From: Verrucomicrobiota bacterium
GTDB lineage: Bacteria; Verrucomicrobiota; Kiritimatiellia; CAIQIC01; JAGNIJ01
Length of the DNA stretch: 64,000 bases
Reading direction: 5' to 3'
Assembly: GCA_022710725.1 (NCBI GenBank)
Contig: JAKLGK010000005.1
Span: 156,347 to 220,346 of the forward strand
A program made the translations under genes and the position numbers. Shown here one piece after another: positions 47,964 through 56,961 of this stretch. Position 1 is the first letter of the stretch, and each line of letters begins with the position of its first letter. The notes beneath the pieces were generated by a model. That model ran no database searches, was not told the DNA's origin, and saw only the letters and a list, made by a program, of their open reading frames with translations.

Positions 47964-48956
47964 TTGTTCCCGGCGATGTCCTACACTCGAACATCCTCGC
48001 AGTTATGGAGCGAACGCTGGCGCCTGGCGGCCCTGCCGCCCGACGCGCTGCGGCGGGCGGGGCTCGCTTCCATCCTGGTCGGCCTGCTCTACCTGCTGTT
48101 CCATCTCCAGGGCAACACCACGGACATCCGGATGTTCGGCCGCTCGGCCATTCTGTGGATGGTCAGCTACTGGCACGACGACCTGTCGTACAGCTGGCTG
48201 ATCCCGTTCATCTCGGCCGGCGTGATCTGGTGCCAGCGCAAGCAGATCGCGGCCGCCCCGCAGCGGACGAACCGGTGGGGGCTCGCGCTGGTCGTGCTGG
48301 CCCTGCTGGTGCACTGGATGGGCGCCAAGGCCCAGCAGGTGCGCGTGTCCCTCTTCGCCCTGGTCCTGCTGCTCTGGGGCGCGCCGCTCTACCTGTACGG
48401 CTGGCAGGTGATGAAGCACCTCGTGTTTCCCGTGGCGTTCCTGTTCTTCTGCATTCCCCTGAACTTCCTGGACGAGCTGACGGCGCCCTTGAGCCTTCTG
48501 GCGACGACCGCCTCCACGCACCTCCTGAACGGCCTGGGCATCGCCGTGCAGCAGGTGGGCACGCGGATGACGGTCAACGACGGGCCGGACATGGTGCGCT
48601 GGACGCTGGAGGTGGCGGCGCCGTGCAGCGGGCTCCGCTCCATCATGGCGCTGACCATCCTGTCCGCCGTCTATGCCTACTTCACGCAGAAGACCCTGGT
48701 CCGGAAGTGGATCCTTTTCCTGGCGTCCGTTCCGCTGGCCATCGTCGGCAACGTCATGCGGATCATCACCATCAGCCTCATGGCCCAGGCCTTCGGGCAG
48801 GACGTCGCCGTCGGCCTCTACCACGACTATTCCGGCTTCATTTTCTTCCCCGTCTCGCTCGGCCTGCTGATCGGCCTGGGCGGCCTGCTGAACCACCACC
48901 CGCGGGAGATCTGGCTCCGATGGAAAAGCGAACTCTTAAGCCCTATTTCGTCCTGA
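47964..48956 (+). CDS. Exosortase (EpsH/XrtA-type)
   Basis: It is polytopic, and has the signature Cys motif APCSGLRS with a conserved downstream Arg (VMRI). Confidence 0.8.
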   Translation: MFPAMSYTRTSSQLWSERWRLAALPPDALRRAGLASILVGLLYLLFHLQGNTTDIRMFGRSAILWMVSYWHDDLSYSWLIPFISAGVIWCQRKQIAAAPQRTNRWGLALVVLALLVHWMGAKAQQVRVSLFALVLLLWGAPLYLYGWQVMKHLVFPVAFLFFCIPLNFLDELTAPLSLLATTASTHLLNGLGIAVQQVGTRMTVNDGPDMVRWTLEVAAPCSGLRSIMALTILSAVYAYFTQKTLVRKWILFLASVPLAIVGNVMRIITISLMAQAFGQDVAVGLYHDYSGFIFFPVSLGLLIGLGGLLNHHPREIWLRWKSELLSPISS

Positions 48957-49681
48957 TCGCCCTCTTCGTGGCGATGTCGGTGGCGCTGGCGCTGACGGTG
49001 GACGTCAATATCACCGACGAGGCCGGCATCAGCGTGGCGTTGCCCGACCAAGTCGGGGCGTGGCGCGGCGAGGAAATCCGCTACTGCCAGGGCCCGACCT
49101 GCGAGAAGGAGTTTGTGCGGAGCGCCCTCGAGAATCCCGATGTCTGCCCCCTGTGCGGCAGCCCGCTGGCCCCGATGAGCCTCGGCGAAAAGACCCTGTT
49201 GCCTCCGGACACCATCGTCCTGAAGAAGAAGTACACCCACCCGATGGGCCAGGCCGTGTTCGTGTCCATCGTGTTGAGCGGCAAGGAGCGGGCCAGCATC
49301 CATCGGCCCGAGGTCTGCCTGCGCGGGCAGGGCAACAAGCAGCTGGGGAGCCGCGTGCTGGAGGTGCCGATCGCGAACCGGGCGGCCCTCCGGGTCATGG
49401 TCATCGACATGCTCCGCCAGTACATGACCGCGGACCAGCGGGTGGTCGAGTATCCCTCGTACTACGCGTACTGGTTCGTCGGGAAGGGGCGGGAGACCCC
49501 GCACCATTGGCAGCGGATGATGTGGATGGCCACCGACCGCATCTTGCACAGCGTATCCCACCGGTGGGCGTACATCGCGGTGACCGGGATCCGGACGCCC
49601 GACTCCGATGAATACCGGGAGCAGATCCGGAACTTCGTGAGCCAGCTCTACCCCTTGATGGCCATCGAGCCGCACGGATGA
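48920..49681 (+). CDS. EpsI-family exosortase-associated protein
   Basis: A signal/TM N-terminus, its position immediately after the exosortase, and the conserved core (KTLLPPDT...K.Y....G..V.VSIV.SG.ERASIHRPE.C) support the call. It overlaps the exosortase 3' end by about 37 nt. Confidence 0.7.
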   Translation: MEKRTLKPYFVLIALFVAMSVALALTVDVNITDEAGISVALPDQVGAWRGEEIRYCQGPTCEKEFVRSALENPDVCPLCGSPLAPMSLGEKTLLPPDTIVLKKKYTHPMGQAVFVSIVLSGKERASIHRPEVCLRGQGNKQLGSRVLEVPIANRAALRVMVIDMLRQYMTADQRVVEYPSYYAYWFVGKGRETPHHWQRMMWMATDRILHSVSHRWAYIAVTGIRTPDSDEYREQIRNFVSQLYPLMAIEPHG

Positions 49682-49802
49682 GCGCTTTCTCATCCCGCGG
49701 CGCAACGTTTTTCCCGGCCGGCTGTCCAATCACGACGGGGCTTGACGGGCGGGCGCAAAAAACCTTAACGTTTGCGGCGTTTTTCACCGGGGACGGGAAC
49801 AC

Positions 49803-52800
49803 GTGACATCATCGGAATGGAACCAGCAGCAGGGCGGCGCGGCCCCCGGCGCGCCGGCCGGCGCCGCGCCGGAACAGAACCGCCCGGATTTCCTCGACCA
49901 GCAGGAGGGCCGCTTCTTCCGGCGGGCGGACTGGAGCGCATTCTGGACCGTGCTCCTGGTGACGCTGGGCGTCTACGTGTACACCCTGGCCCCCACGGTG
50001 ACGCTGGAGGACTCCGGCGAGCTGGCCGTCGCTTCCGATTACCTGGGCGTGCCCCACCCGCCGGGCTATCCCATCTGGGCGCTCCTGACCTGGTTCTTCC
50101 AGTGGATCTTCCACTGGGTCACGTACTACGGCTTCCCGAATCCCGCCTGGAGCGTCGGCCTCTTCTCCGCCGCGTCCGGCGCGCTGGCCTGCGCCCTGCT
50201 GGCCATGCTCGTCAGCCGGTCCGGCAGCGACATCATCCGCACCTGGAAGCGCGCCACCGAGGTCCTCGGCTACCGCACGGAAACCGTGCTGTGCTGGGCG
50301 GCGGGCGTGTCCAGCGGGCTGCTGCTGGCCTTCAGCCCGGTCATGTGGTCGCAGTCCGTCATCGTCGAGGTGTACAGCCTCAACGCCCTCTTCCAGACGC
50401 TCCTCCTGCTGCTGATGTACCGCTGGATGTGCCGGCCGAAGGAAGACCACACGCTGTACATCACCGCGTTCATCTTCGGGCTGGGCCTGACCAACCACCA
50501 AACCCTGCTCTTCATGGTGCTGGGCCTGATGGCCGCCCTCTGGTTCCGCGACCGGGCCCTGTTCCGCGACTGCCTGGCCGGCCTGTTCCTGTGCATCTCC
50601 GCGTACCTCTTCTTCGCCGCGTACGGCATGAACCCCGGCCCCAACGCGCCCGCCGAGGTCCTGAAGCAGAAGCACCTGACGCTGACCTTCGCCCTCCTCT
50701 TCCTGTTCGCGCCCGTCGGCCTGTTCCTCATCCAGCGGCAGCTGATGACGGAATGGAAGCGCGTGCTCATCCTCGTCGCCCTCGTCGGCGCCGGCCTCTC
50801 GTTCTACGCCTACATGCCCTTCGCCTCGGAGCAGAACCCGCCCATGAACTGGGGCTACCCGCGGACCTGGGAGGGCTTCAAGCACGCGATCAGCCGCGGC
50901 CAGTACGAACGCATCACGCCGACGGATATCTTCAGCAGGAAGTTCCTGGAGCAGATCCTGTCCTACATCACGGACCTGCGCGAGCAGTTCTCCTCGCCGA
51001 TCTCCCTGCTGGCCGTGCTGCCCTTCGTGTTCTTCATCAAGCTCGACCGCCGCGCCCGCACGTGGCTGATCACCGCCCTGATCTCCTTCTTCTCCGTCAG
51101 CATCATCCTCGTCATCTTCCAGAACCCGGCGCTGGACATCCAGACGCTCTTCATCGGCCGCGTGCAGTTCATCCAGTCCCACGCGGTGTACGCCATCTGG
51201 CTCGGGTACGGGCTCATCTTTGTCCTCGCCTGGCTGGAGACCCTCCTCGGCGGCATGGGCATCGCGCGGTTCCTCGGCCCGGTGTTCGCCGTGCTCCTGC
51301 CGCTCGTGCTCGTCTACCAGAACGGCTACGACGACAACCAGCTCCTGATCCTCGGCGGCGCCGAGCAGAACGGGCACGACTTCGGCTGGCAGTTCGGCCA
51401 CTGGCAGCTGCGCGGCGTCAACGGCATCCGCGACGACCTTCACTTCAAGCGCTCGGACGCGGAATTCGAGGAGATCTGGAAGAGCTACCCGACCCCCGAC
51501 TACCCGCCCGAGATGGGCACCAACGCGATCTTCTTCGGCGGCACGGATCCCGGCCGCTTCGTGCCGACCTACATGATCTACTCCGCCAAGTGCCGCAGCG
51601 ACGTCTACCTCATCACCCAGAACGCGCTCGCCGACAATACGTACATGAACGTCATGCGCGACCTCTACGGCGACACGATCTGGATCCCGTCCCAGCAGGA
51701 CAGCAACCTCGCCTTCCAGCGCTACGTGGACGACGTCCAGGCCGGCCGCGTCCCCGCCGGCGCCGCCGTGACCGTCGAGAACGGACGCGTCAGCGTCCAG
51801 GGCGTCGCCGGCGTGATGATGATCAACGGCATCCTCGCCCAAATGATCTTCGAGCAGAACAAGTACAAGCACGAGTTCTACGTCGAGGAAAGCTACGTCA
51901 TCCCCTGGATGTACCCCTACCTGACGCCGCACGGCCTGATCATGAAGATCAACGCCGAGCCGATGAAGGAGCTGCCGCCCGACCTCGTGCAGAAGGACCA
52001 CGATTTCTGGACCTGGTACTGCGACTACCTGCTCAAGAACCCGAAATTCGACCGCGACGTCGTCGCGCGCAAGACCTTCTCCAAGCTCCGCAGCGCCATC
52101 GCCGGCCTGTACGCCTTCCGCGGCGCCCAGGACACCCCGCGCCGCGAGGAGATGTACCGGGAGGCCGAGTACGCCTTCCGCCAGGCCATCGACCTCTACG
52201 ACTTGAGCCCCGAGGCCAACTACCGGCTGGCCGACATCCTGATGCAGCAGCGCCGCTTCGCCGAGGCGCGGGAGCTGATCGAGAACTTCCTCAAGAAGGA
52301 CAAGGGCAACGACAAGCTGCAGGATTTCCTCAACCAGATCTCCAGCACGGACAAGGACGACGCCCGGCGCAACGAGCTCGAGGCCTCCTTCAACCAGGGG
52401 CGCGGCGACCTGCAATCCGCTCTCGAACTGGCGCAGTTGTACCGCCGCCTCAACCTCGACCAGCAGTTCGTCGGCCTGACCATGCAGTTGCTCAACGACG
52501 GGAGCGTGCCCCCCGCCTTCTACCTCGAGATCGCCCGGATCTTCGCCGAGGCGCGCCGCGCGGACCTCCTGGCCGTCGCCCTCCAGCGCTACGTCGCGCG
52601 CGATCCGTCCCAGCCGGCCGTGTGGATGGACCTCGCCGCCGTCCAGCTGGCCCTGCAGCAGACGGACCCGTGCCTCGAGTCCATCCGGCAGGCCATCACC
52701 GTCGGCGGCGACGCCGCCCGCGACGCCATCCGGAAAGACCAGCGGTTCAACGGGCTGCGCGCGAACGCGCAGTTCCAGCAGTTGGTCCCGCCGGTGCAGA

Positions 52801-52841
52801 CCCGGCTCCCGGCCGCGCTACCCAACCTGCCGGTTTTCTGA
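49803..52841 (+). CDS. DUF2723 (PMT-like GT-C fold) membrane protein with C-terminal TPR repeats
   Basis: The N-terminal roughly 550 aa is polytopic and PMT/DUF2723-like (EDSGELA...YLGVPHPPGYP). The C-terminal roughly 300 aa consists of TPR-like helices. Confidence 0.6.
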   Translation: MTSSEWNQQQGGAAPGAPAGAAPEQNRPDFLDQQEGRFFRRADWSAFWTVLLVTLGVYVYTLAPTVTLEDSGELAVASDYLGVPHPPGYPIWALLTWFFQWIFHWVTYYGFPNPAWSVGLFSAASGALACALLAMLVSRSGSDIIRTWKRATEVLGYRTETVLCWAAGVSSGLLLAFSPVMWSQSVIVEVYSLNALFQTLLLLLMYRWMCRPKEDHTLYITAFIFGLGLTNHQTLLFMVLGLMAALWFRDRALFRDCLAGLFLCISAYLFFAAYGMNPGPNAPAEVLKQKHLTLTFALLFLFAPVGLFLIQRQLMTEWKRVLILVALVGAGLSFYAYMPFASEQNPPMNWGYPRTWEGFKHAISRGQYERITPTDIFSRKFLEQILSYITDLREQFSSPISLLAVLPFVFFIKLDRRARTWLITALISFFSVSIILVIFQNPALDIQTLFIGRVQFIQSHAVYAIWLGYGLIFVLAWLETLLGGMGIARFLGPVFAVLLPLVLVYQNGYDDNQLLILGGAEQNGHDFGWQFGHWQLRGVNGIRDDLHFKRSDAEFEEIWKSYPTPDYPPEMGTNAIFFGGTDPGRFVPTYMIYSAKCRSDVYLITQNALADNTYMNVMRDLYGDTIWIPSQQDSNLAFQRYVDDVQAGRVPAGAAVTVENGRVSVQGVAGVMMINGILAQMIFEQNKYKHEFYVEESYVIPWMYPYLTPHGLIMKINAEPMKELPPDLVQKDHDFWTWYCDYLLKNPKFDRDVVARKTFSKLRSAIAGLYAFRGAQDTPRREEMYREAEYAFRQAIDLYDLSPEANYRLADILMQQRRFAEARELIENFLKKDKGNDKLQDFLNQISSTDKDDARRNELEASFNQGRGDLQSALELAQLYRRLNLDQQFVGLTMQLLNDGSVPPAFYLEIARIFAEARRADLLAVALQRYVARDPSQPAVWMDLAAVQLALQQTDPCLESIRQAITVGGDAARDAIRKDQRFNGLRANAQFQQLVPPVQTRLPAALPNLPVF

Positions 52842-52908
52842 TCGCCCTCGGCGGGCGGAACTCCGCGACGCCGTAGCCGTCCCGGGCGCGGGATGGTATG
52901 GTGCCCCC

Positions 52909-53772
52909 GTGGAATCGGTCGTTCAAACTCTTCTCCTTTTTGTGGACGGGCTCGGCCTCGGCCCGGAAAGCGAGCACAACCCGCTCTTCTCCGGCGCGTG
53001 CCCCCGCCTGGCCCGCCTGCTCCGGGAGGAAGCCGCGCCCATCGACGCCGGCCTCGGCGTGCCGGGCCTGCCCCAGAGCGCTACCGGCCAGACCGCCCTG
53101 CTCACCGGCGTCAACGCGCCCGCCGTCATGGGCCGGCACATCGAGGGCCTGCCGGGGCCGCGCCTGAAGGAAATCATCCGGGAGCACAACCTGCTCTCCG
53201 CCCTCGCCGCGCGCGGCTACCGGGCGACCTTCGCCAACGCCTACTACACCCGCGATATCGAGGAGGTCCGCTCGCGCCGCTTCCAGTCCGTGACCACCGT
53301 GGCCACGCTGGCGGCCTTCGGCGCGGTGCGGGACACGGCGGACCTGCTCGCCGGGCGGGCGGTGTACCAGGACCTGACGCGCGCTAGCCTGCGCGAGCGC
53401 GGATACGACGGCCCCTTCGTCACGCCCGCCCAGGCCGGCCGCGACCTGGCCGCGCTCGCCACGGAGCACGACTTCACGCTCTTCGAGTACTTCCAGACCG
53501 ACCGCGCCGGCCACAAGGGGGACGCGGAGAGGACCCGCCGCGTGCTGGGGGAATTCGACGAGTTTCTCGGCGGCGTTCTTGCCTTTGCGGAAGGCGAGCG
53601 CCGCCTGCTCCTGCTCACCAGCGACCACGGGAACATCGAGGACGCCGCCACGCGGACGCACACGGGCAATCCGGTCCCGTTCGTCGCCCTCGGGGCGGGA
53701 GCGGGGGCGTTGAAGATCCGCGTGCGCGCCCTGACCGACATCGCGCCGGCGCTGCTCGATCTCTACCCGTGA
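52909..53772 (+). CDS. Cofactor-independent phosphoglycerate mutase / phosphopentomutase-like metalloenzyme (alkaline phosphatase superfamily)
   Basis: It has an N-terminal FVDGLG motif and the C-terminal TSDHGN motif. The GTG start is taken from the ORF track. Confidence 0.55.
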   Translation: MESVVQTLLLFVDGLGLGPESEHNPLFSGACPRLARLLREEAAPIDAGLGVPGLPQSATGQTALLTGVNAPAVMGRHIEGLPGPRLKEIIREHNLLSALAARGYRATFANAYYTRDIEEVRSRRFQSVTTVATLAAFGAVRDTADLLAGRAVYQDLTRASLRERGYDGPFVTPAQAGRDLAALATEHDFTLFEYFQTDRAGHKGDAERTRRVLGEFDEFLGGVLAFAEGERRLLLLTSDHGNIEDAATRTHTGNPVPFVALGAGAGALKIRVRALTDIAPALLDLYP

Positions 53773-53836
53773 ACCGGCCTCCGCCGTTCGCGCTCCGGTC
53801 CCGTTGGTCTCCCGCGCCTCGCCGATAACAAATTGA

Positions 53837-53870
53837 TTCACGGATGTGAAGCAATTTGTTGCGCAGTGAA
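53837..53870. promoter_or_regulatory. 34-bp near-perfect AT-rich palindrome AACAAATTGATTCAC-GGAT-GTGAAGCAATTTGTT
   Basis: The 15-bp arms have one mismatch. It lies in the convergent intergenic region between 52909-53772(+) and 53898-54257(-), in GC-rich surroundings. Confidence 0.5.
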
Positions 53871-53897
53871 AAGCCCCGCCCGCGGCGGACAGGGGCG

Positions 53898-54257
53898 CTA
53901 CTCCGCGGCCTTCTTCTTGCGCGTCTTCTTCTTCGGTTCCGGCGCCGGTTCGGGCGCGGGCGCGGCCTTCCGCGCTTCGTACAGCGCCGCCCGCTCCGCG
54001 ACGGACGCGCCTTCCAGGATGTTCGAGAACGTGATGCGGTAGGATTCCTGGAGGCGGAAGCGGGTGCCGGCCGACAGCGTTTCCCACGTCAGCACCCGCG
54101 GCCCGGTCGGGGTGCTGATCTCCAGGCCTTCCGGCTTCGCCTGGACGAGCGTGCCGGGCACGGGCATCCCGTTCGCCAGCCGGATGTCCTGACCCCGGGC
54201 TGCGCCGGCAACCACCAGCGCCAGCGTGACGGCCATGACGGCTCGCTGAAAAAACAT
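53898..54257 (-). CDS. Small secreted protein with a Lys/Pro/Ala-rich C-terminal tail
   Basis: The signal peptide MFFQRAVMAVTLALVVAGAARGQ begins at the Met at 54257 inside the longer track ORF. The C-terminus reads PAPEPAPEPKKKTRKKK. Confidence 0.45.
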   Translation of the reverse strand: MFFQRAVMAVTLALVVAGAARGQDIRLANGMPVPGTLVQAKPEGLEISTPTGPRVLTWETLSAGTRFRLQESYRITFSNILEGASVAERAALYEARKAAPAPEPAPEPKKKTRKKKAAE

Positions 54258-54371
54258 GGGCGCGCGTCCTTGTTTCCGGTCATCCATCATAACCAATCGG
54301 GCGGACATTGACAAGGCGGCCGGGATATGCGACGTAAAGAAAGCCTGCCAGCCGTCTGACGGGTTTCCCTT

Positions 54372-54464
54372 GGAAGGGTGGCTGAGTGGTTAAAGGCACC
54401 CGACTCGAAATCGGGAGAGCGCCCAAAAAGTGCTCCGTGGGTTCGAATCCCACCCCTTCCGCCA
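54372..54464 (+). tRNA. tRNA-Ser (anticodon CGA)
   Basis: The cloverleaf folds by eye: acceptor GGAAGGG/CCCTTCC, D-arm GCTGAGTGGTTAAAGGC, anticodon loop CT-CGA-AA, a long variable arm, T-arm GTGGGTTCGAATCCCAC, and a 3' CCA encoded. Confidence 0.85.
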
Positions 54465-54536
54465 ATCTCCGCCCTCGTTCCGCCGCGGGGCGCCGGAACT
54501 CGTGGCTGCGATTGGCTTCGCAGGAGAGGAGGGGGC

Positions 54537-54803
54537 GTGAAGGAGCAGTATTTTGTCTATGTTCTGCGAAGTCTGGTGGCTCCGGAAAAGACCTACGTGG
54601 GATTCAGCACGCGACCGGACGAACGGCTGGTTGAGCATAACACTTTCACGCAAACGTACTCCAGTCGCTCCGCGCCGTGGGAACGGATCGCGTGCATTGC
54701 TTTTGCCCGGCGGTCCGTGGCCCTGGCTTTTGAGAGGTACTTGAAGACCCCGTCCGGCAAGGCGTTTCTCAAGAAGCATGTCCTGGAGGGGTTCGAATCG
54801 TGA
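54537..54803 (+). CDS. Small GIY-YIG nuclease-domain protein
   Basis: The 88-aa ORF (QYFVYVLRSLVAPEKTYVGFSTRPDERLVEHN) carries the GIY-YIG core (YVY...YVG...R...H). A strong RBS (ggagaggaggggg) precedes the GTG. Confidence 0.7.
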   Translation: MKEQYFVYVLRSLVAPEKTYVGFSTRPDERLVEHNTFTQTYSSRSAPWERIACIAFARRSVALAFERYLKTPSGKAFLKKHVLEGFES

Positions 54804-54856
54804 CCATCGAAGCCAACGCGCCGCGCGAGGCGTAGATGGTCCCACCCCTTCCGCCA
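54790..54856 (+). repeat. Partial duplicate of the tRNA-Ser 3' half (attR-like)
   Basis: The segment ggggttcgaatc (54790-54801) and tcccaccccttccgcca (54840-54856) repeat the T-arm and the acceptor 3' end of the tRNA at 54438-54464, with about 38 nt inserted between them. Confidence 0.6.
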
Positions 54857-54972
54857 GCCTTCGCGCTCCGCCCCTCGCCGGGCTCGGGGCTTGAGCGGCG
54901 GCGAAAACCAGGCTGGCCTTTTTCCCCGTGTTTGGAAAAAATGGCGGCGGTTTTTCCAGGCATTGGAAACGT

Positions 54973-56922
54973 ATGAACACTTCCTTTCCAACCATCGGAA
55001 AAACAGCGGTCGCGCTGCTCCTGTTCTCGGGCGGGGCGCCGGGCGCCGAAATGATGCCGTTTGCTTTCAGCGACCTATCCGTCACGGTCGCCGCCGAAGG
55101 GCGGGATCTCTATCGCCTCACGGTCCGGCCCCGGGGTGAGGACCCGGCGCCCGAACAGGAGGCGCCGGCCGGCGTGCGCGTGGCGGACGGCTGGCTGGAA
55201 TTCCGGCGGCCGGACGCGCCCGGCGCCGCTCCGCTGTGGCGCGGGCGGCTGTCTTCGCTTGAAGCCTATGGCCGCGCCCATGTGCCGGGCTCGAGGCTGG
55301 AGTGGGTGGCGCGGCCGGGCGAGGCGCTCTACGGGCTCGGTCAGCGGTTCGGCGGGCTCGATGTCGCCGGAAAAGTTGTGGACATGTGGATCCGCGACGT
55401 CCCGGGGCAGGGCGAGGCGAGCTACTACTGCGCGCCCGTGCTGTTCAGTAGTTCCGGGTATGCGCTGTTTGCCGCCGACAACCCCGAGGGCGAGTTCTCC
55501 CTCAACCCGCTGGGCGAGGGATGGAACCGGTATTCGCGAGCCGGTCGGGAATGGACGTTCTACCTCGCCTTCGCCCCGACGCTGAAGGAGCTCGTGCTCA
55601 AGCGCGCGTCCATTCAAGGCCCGTTCCGCGGCGTGCCGGACTGGGCGTGGGGGCCGTGGATCAGCCGCAACAGCTACGAGAACCAGGGCGAGGCCGAGGA
55701 GGCCATTCGCGGCATGACGGACCGCGGCCTGCCCGTGGCCGCCATCGTCCTGGAGGCCTGGAAGGGCCGGTACGAAACGGGGGAATTCAACCGCTTCGCG
55801 CATGGCGGCTGGAACGTCGACGAGTACTTCGCGTTCTGCCGCGAGCACGGCATCCGCAACGTGCTCTGGCAGGTTCCCGTCATTCCCCCCTCGCATCCCG
55901 GCCTGAAGGAGTTGGCCGGGTCCGGGTACTTCGTCCGCGCGCCGGACGGTTCGGTCCGTTGGCGCCGCGAGTGGCTGGAGGGCATGGCCAACGTGGATTT
56001 CACGAGGCCGGAAGCGGTGGTCTGGTGGAAGGACCAGATGCGGGACGCCGTGCGGCTCGGCGCGCGAGGGTTCAAGGCGGACGACGGGGAGGACATCAAG
56101 GCCGACGATGTCTTTGCCGACGGCCGGCGCGGCTGGCAGTTGCACAACGAGTACACGACGCTGTACGCGCAGGCCCTCTACAGCCTGTTCGACGAGGAGG
56201 GCGTGGACGGGATGTTGTGGTGCCGCAGCGCCAGCCTGGGCTGCGAACGCGCGCCCGGGCTCTGGGCAGGCGACCAGTACGCCAACTGGGAGCAGTATCG
56301 TTCGTTGCTTCCCGCGGGCTTGAGCGCGGGCTTGAGCGGCGCGCCGTTTTGGAGCCACGACATCGGGGGCTACATCGGCGACCCCTCGCCCGAACTCTAC
56401 ATCCGCTGGCTCCAGTTCGGCGCGTTCAGCCCGTTCATGCAGTACCACGGCATCAAGCCGCGCGAGCCGTGGCTGTTCGGGCACGAAGCGGAGGCCGCGT
56501 ACAGGCTGCTGGCTCATCTCCGGATGAACCTCAAGCCGATGCTGATCGAACTCGGCCGGGAGGCGGCGGCGACCGGCCTGCCGATCATGCGCCCGATGAT
56601 CCTGGAATTCCCCGGCGATTCGCGTTTCCTCACGGAGGATTCCCAGTACATGCTGGGCCCCGACCTGCTCGTCGCGCCGATCTTCCAGGAAGGCGCGACG
56701 AAACGGGTCGTCAAGTTCCCGGCGGGCCGCTGGCGGCGCCTGCTGTCGCCGACGATCCACGAGGGGCCCGCGGACGTCGAGATCGCGTGCGGCCTCATGG
56801 ATGCCCCGGTCTTCGTCCGCGAGGGCGCGCGGCTCAAGGTTCAGCTGGCCCGCGGCGCCGCGCTGGGAACGTGGTCGCCCGACGCGCCGGTCCGGGAGCT
56901 GCGCTACGGGCGCGGCCGATAG
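54973..56922 (+). CDS. Glycoside hydrolase family 31 alpha-glycosidase, secreted
   Basis: The signal peptide is MNTSFPTIGKTAVALLLFSGGAPGAEM. The GH31 motifs are present (GFKADDGE resembling FKTDFGE, and LSGAPFWSHDIGGY). Confidence 0.75.
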   Translation: MNTSFPTIGKTAVALLLFSGGAPGAEMMPFAFSDLSVTVAAEGRDLYRLTVRPRGEDPAPEQEAPAGVRVADGWLEFRRPDAPGAAPLWRGRLSSLEAYGRAHVPGSRLEWVARPGEALYGLGQRFGGLDVAGKVVDMWIRDVPGQGEASYYCAPVLFSSSGYALFAADNPEGEFSLNPLGEGWNRYSRAGREWTFYLAFAPTLKELVLKRASIQGPFRGVPDWAWGPWISRNSYENQGEAEEAIRGMTDRGLPVAAIVLEAWKGRYETGEFNRFAHGGWNVDEYFAFCREHGIRNVLWQVPVIPPSHPGLKELAGSGYFVRAPDGSVRWRREWLEGMANVDFTRPEAVVWWKDQMRDAVRLGARGFKADDGEDIKADDVFADGRRGWQLHNEYTTLYAQALYSLFDEEGVDGMLWCRSASLGCERAPGLWAGDQYANWEQYRSLLPAGLSAGLSGAPFWSHDIGGYIGDPSPELYIRWLQFGAFSPFMQYHGIKPREPWLFGHEAEAAYRLLAHLRMNLKPMLIELGREAAATGLPIMRPMILEFPGDSRFLTEDSQYMLGPDLLVAPIFQEGATKRVVKFPAGRWRRLLSPTIHEGPADVEIACGLMDAPVFVREGARLKVQLARGAALGTWSPDAPVRELRYGRGR

Positions 56923-56934
56923 AGGGGTTTCCAA

Positions 56935-56961
56935 ATGTATCACAGTTTATAAACTGTGATA
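56935..56961. repeat. Palindromic element, copy 1: aTGTATCACAGTTTATAAACTGTGATA
   Basis: A perfect 24-bp palindrome TATCACAGTTTA|TAAACTGTGATA. It overlaps the rsmE stop codon and lies 13 nt after the GH31 stop. A 27-nt stretch is identical in copy 2 at 61633-61662. Confidence 0.7.

Noticed and set aside
54258-54371. A sigma70-like promoter (TTGACA at about 54307) for tRNA-Ser
   Set aside because: The -35 hexamer is good, but no convincing -10 sits at 16-19 bp spacing. I did not list it as a feature.
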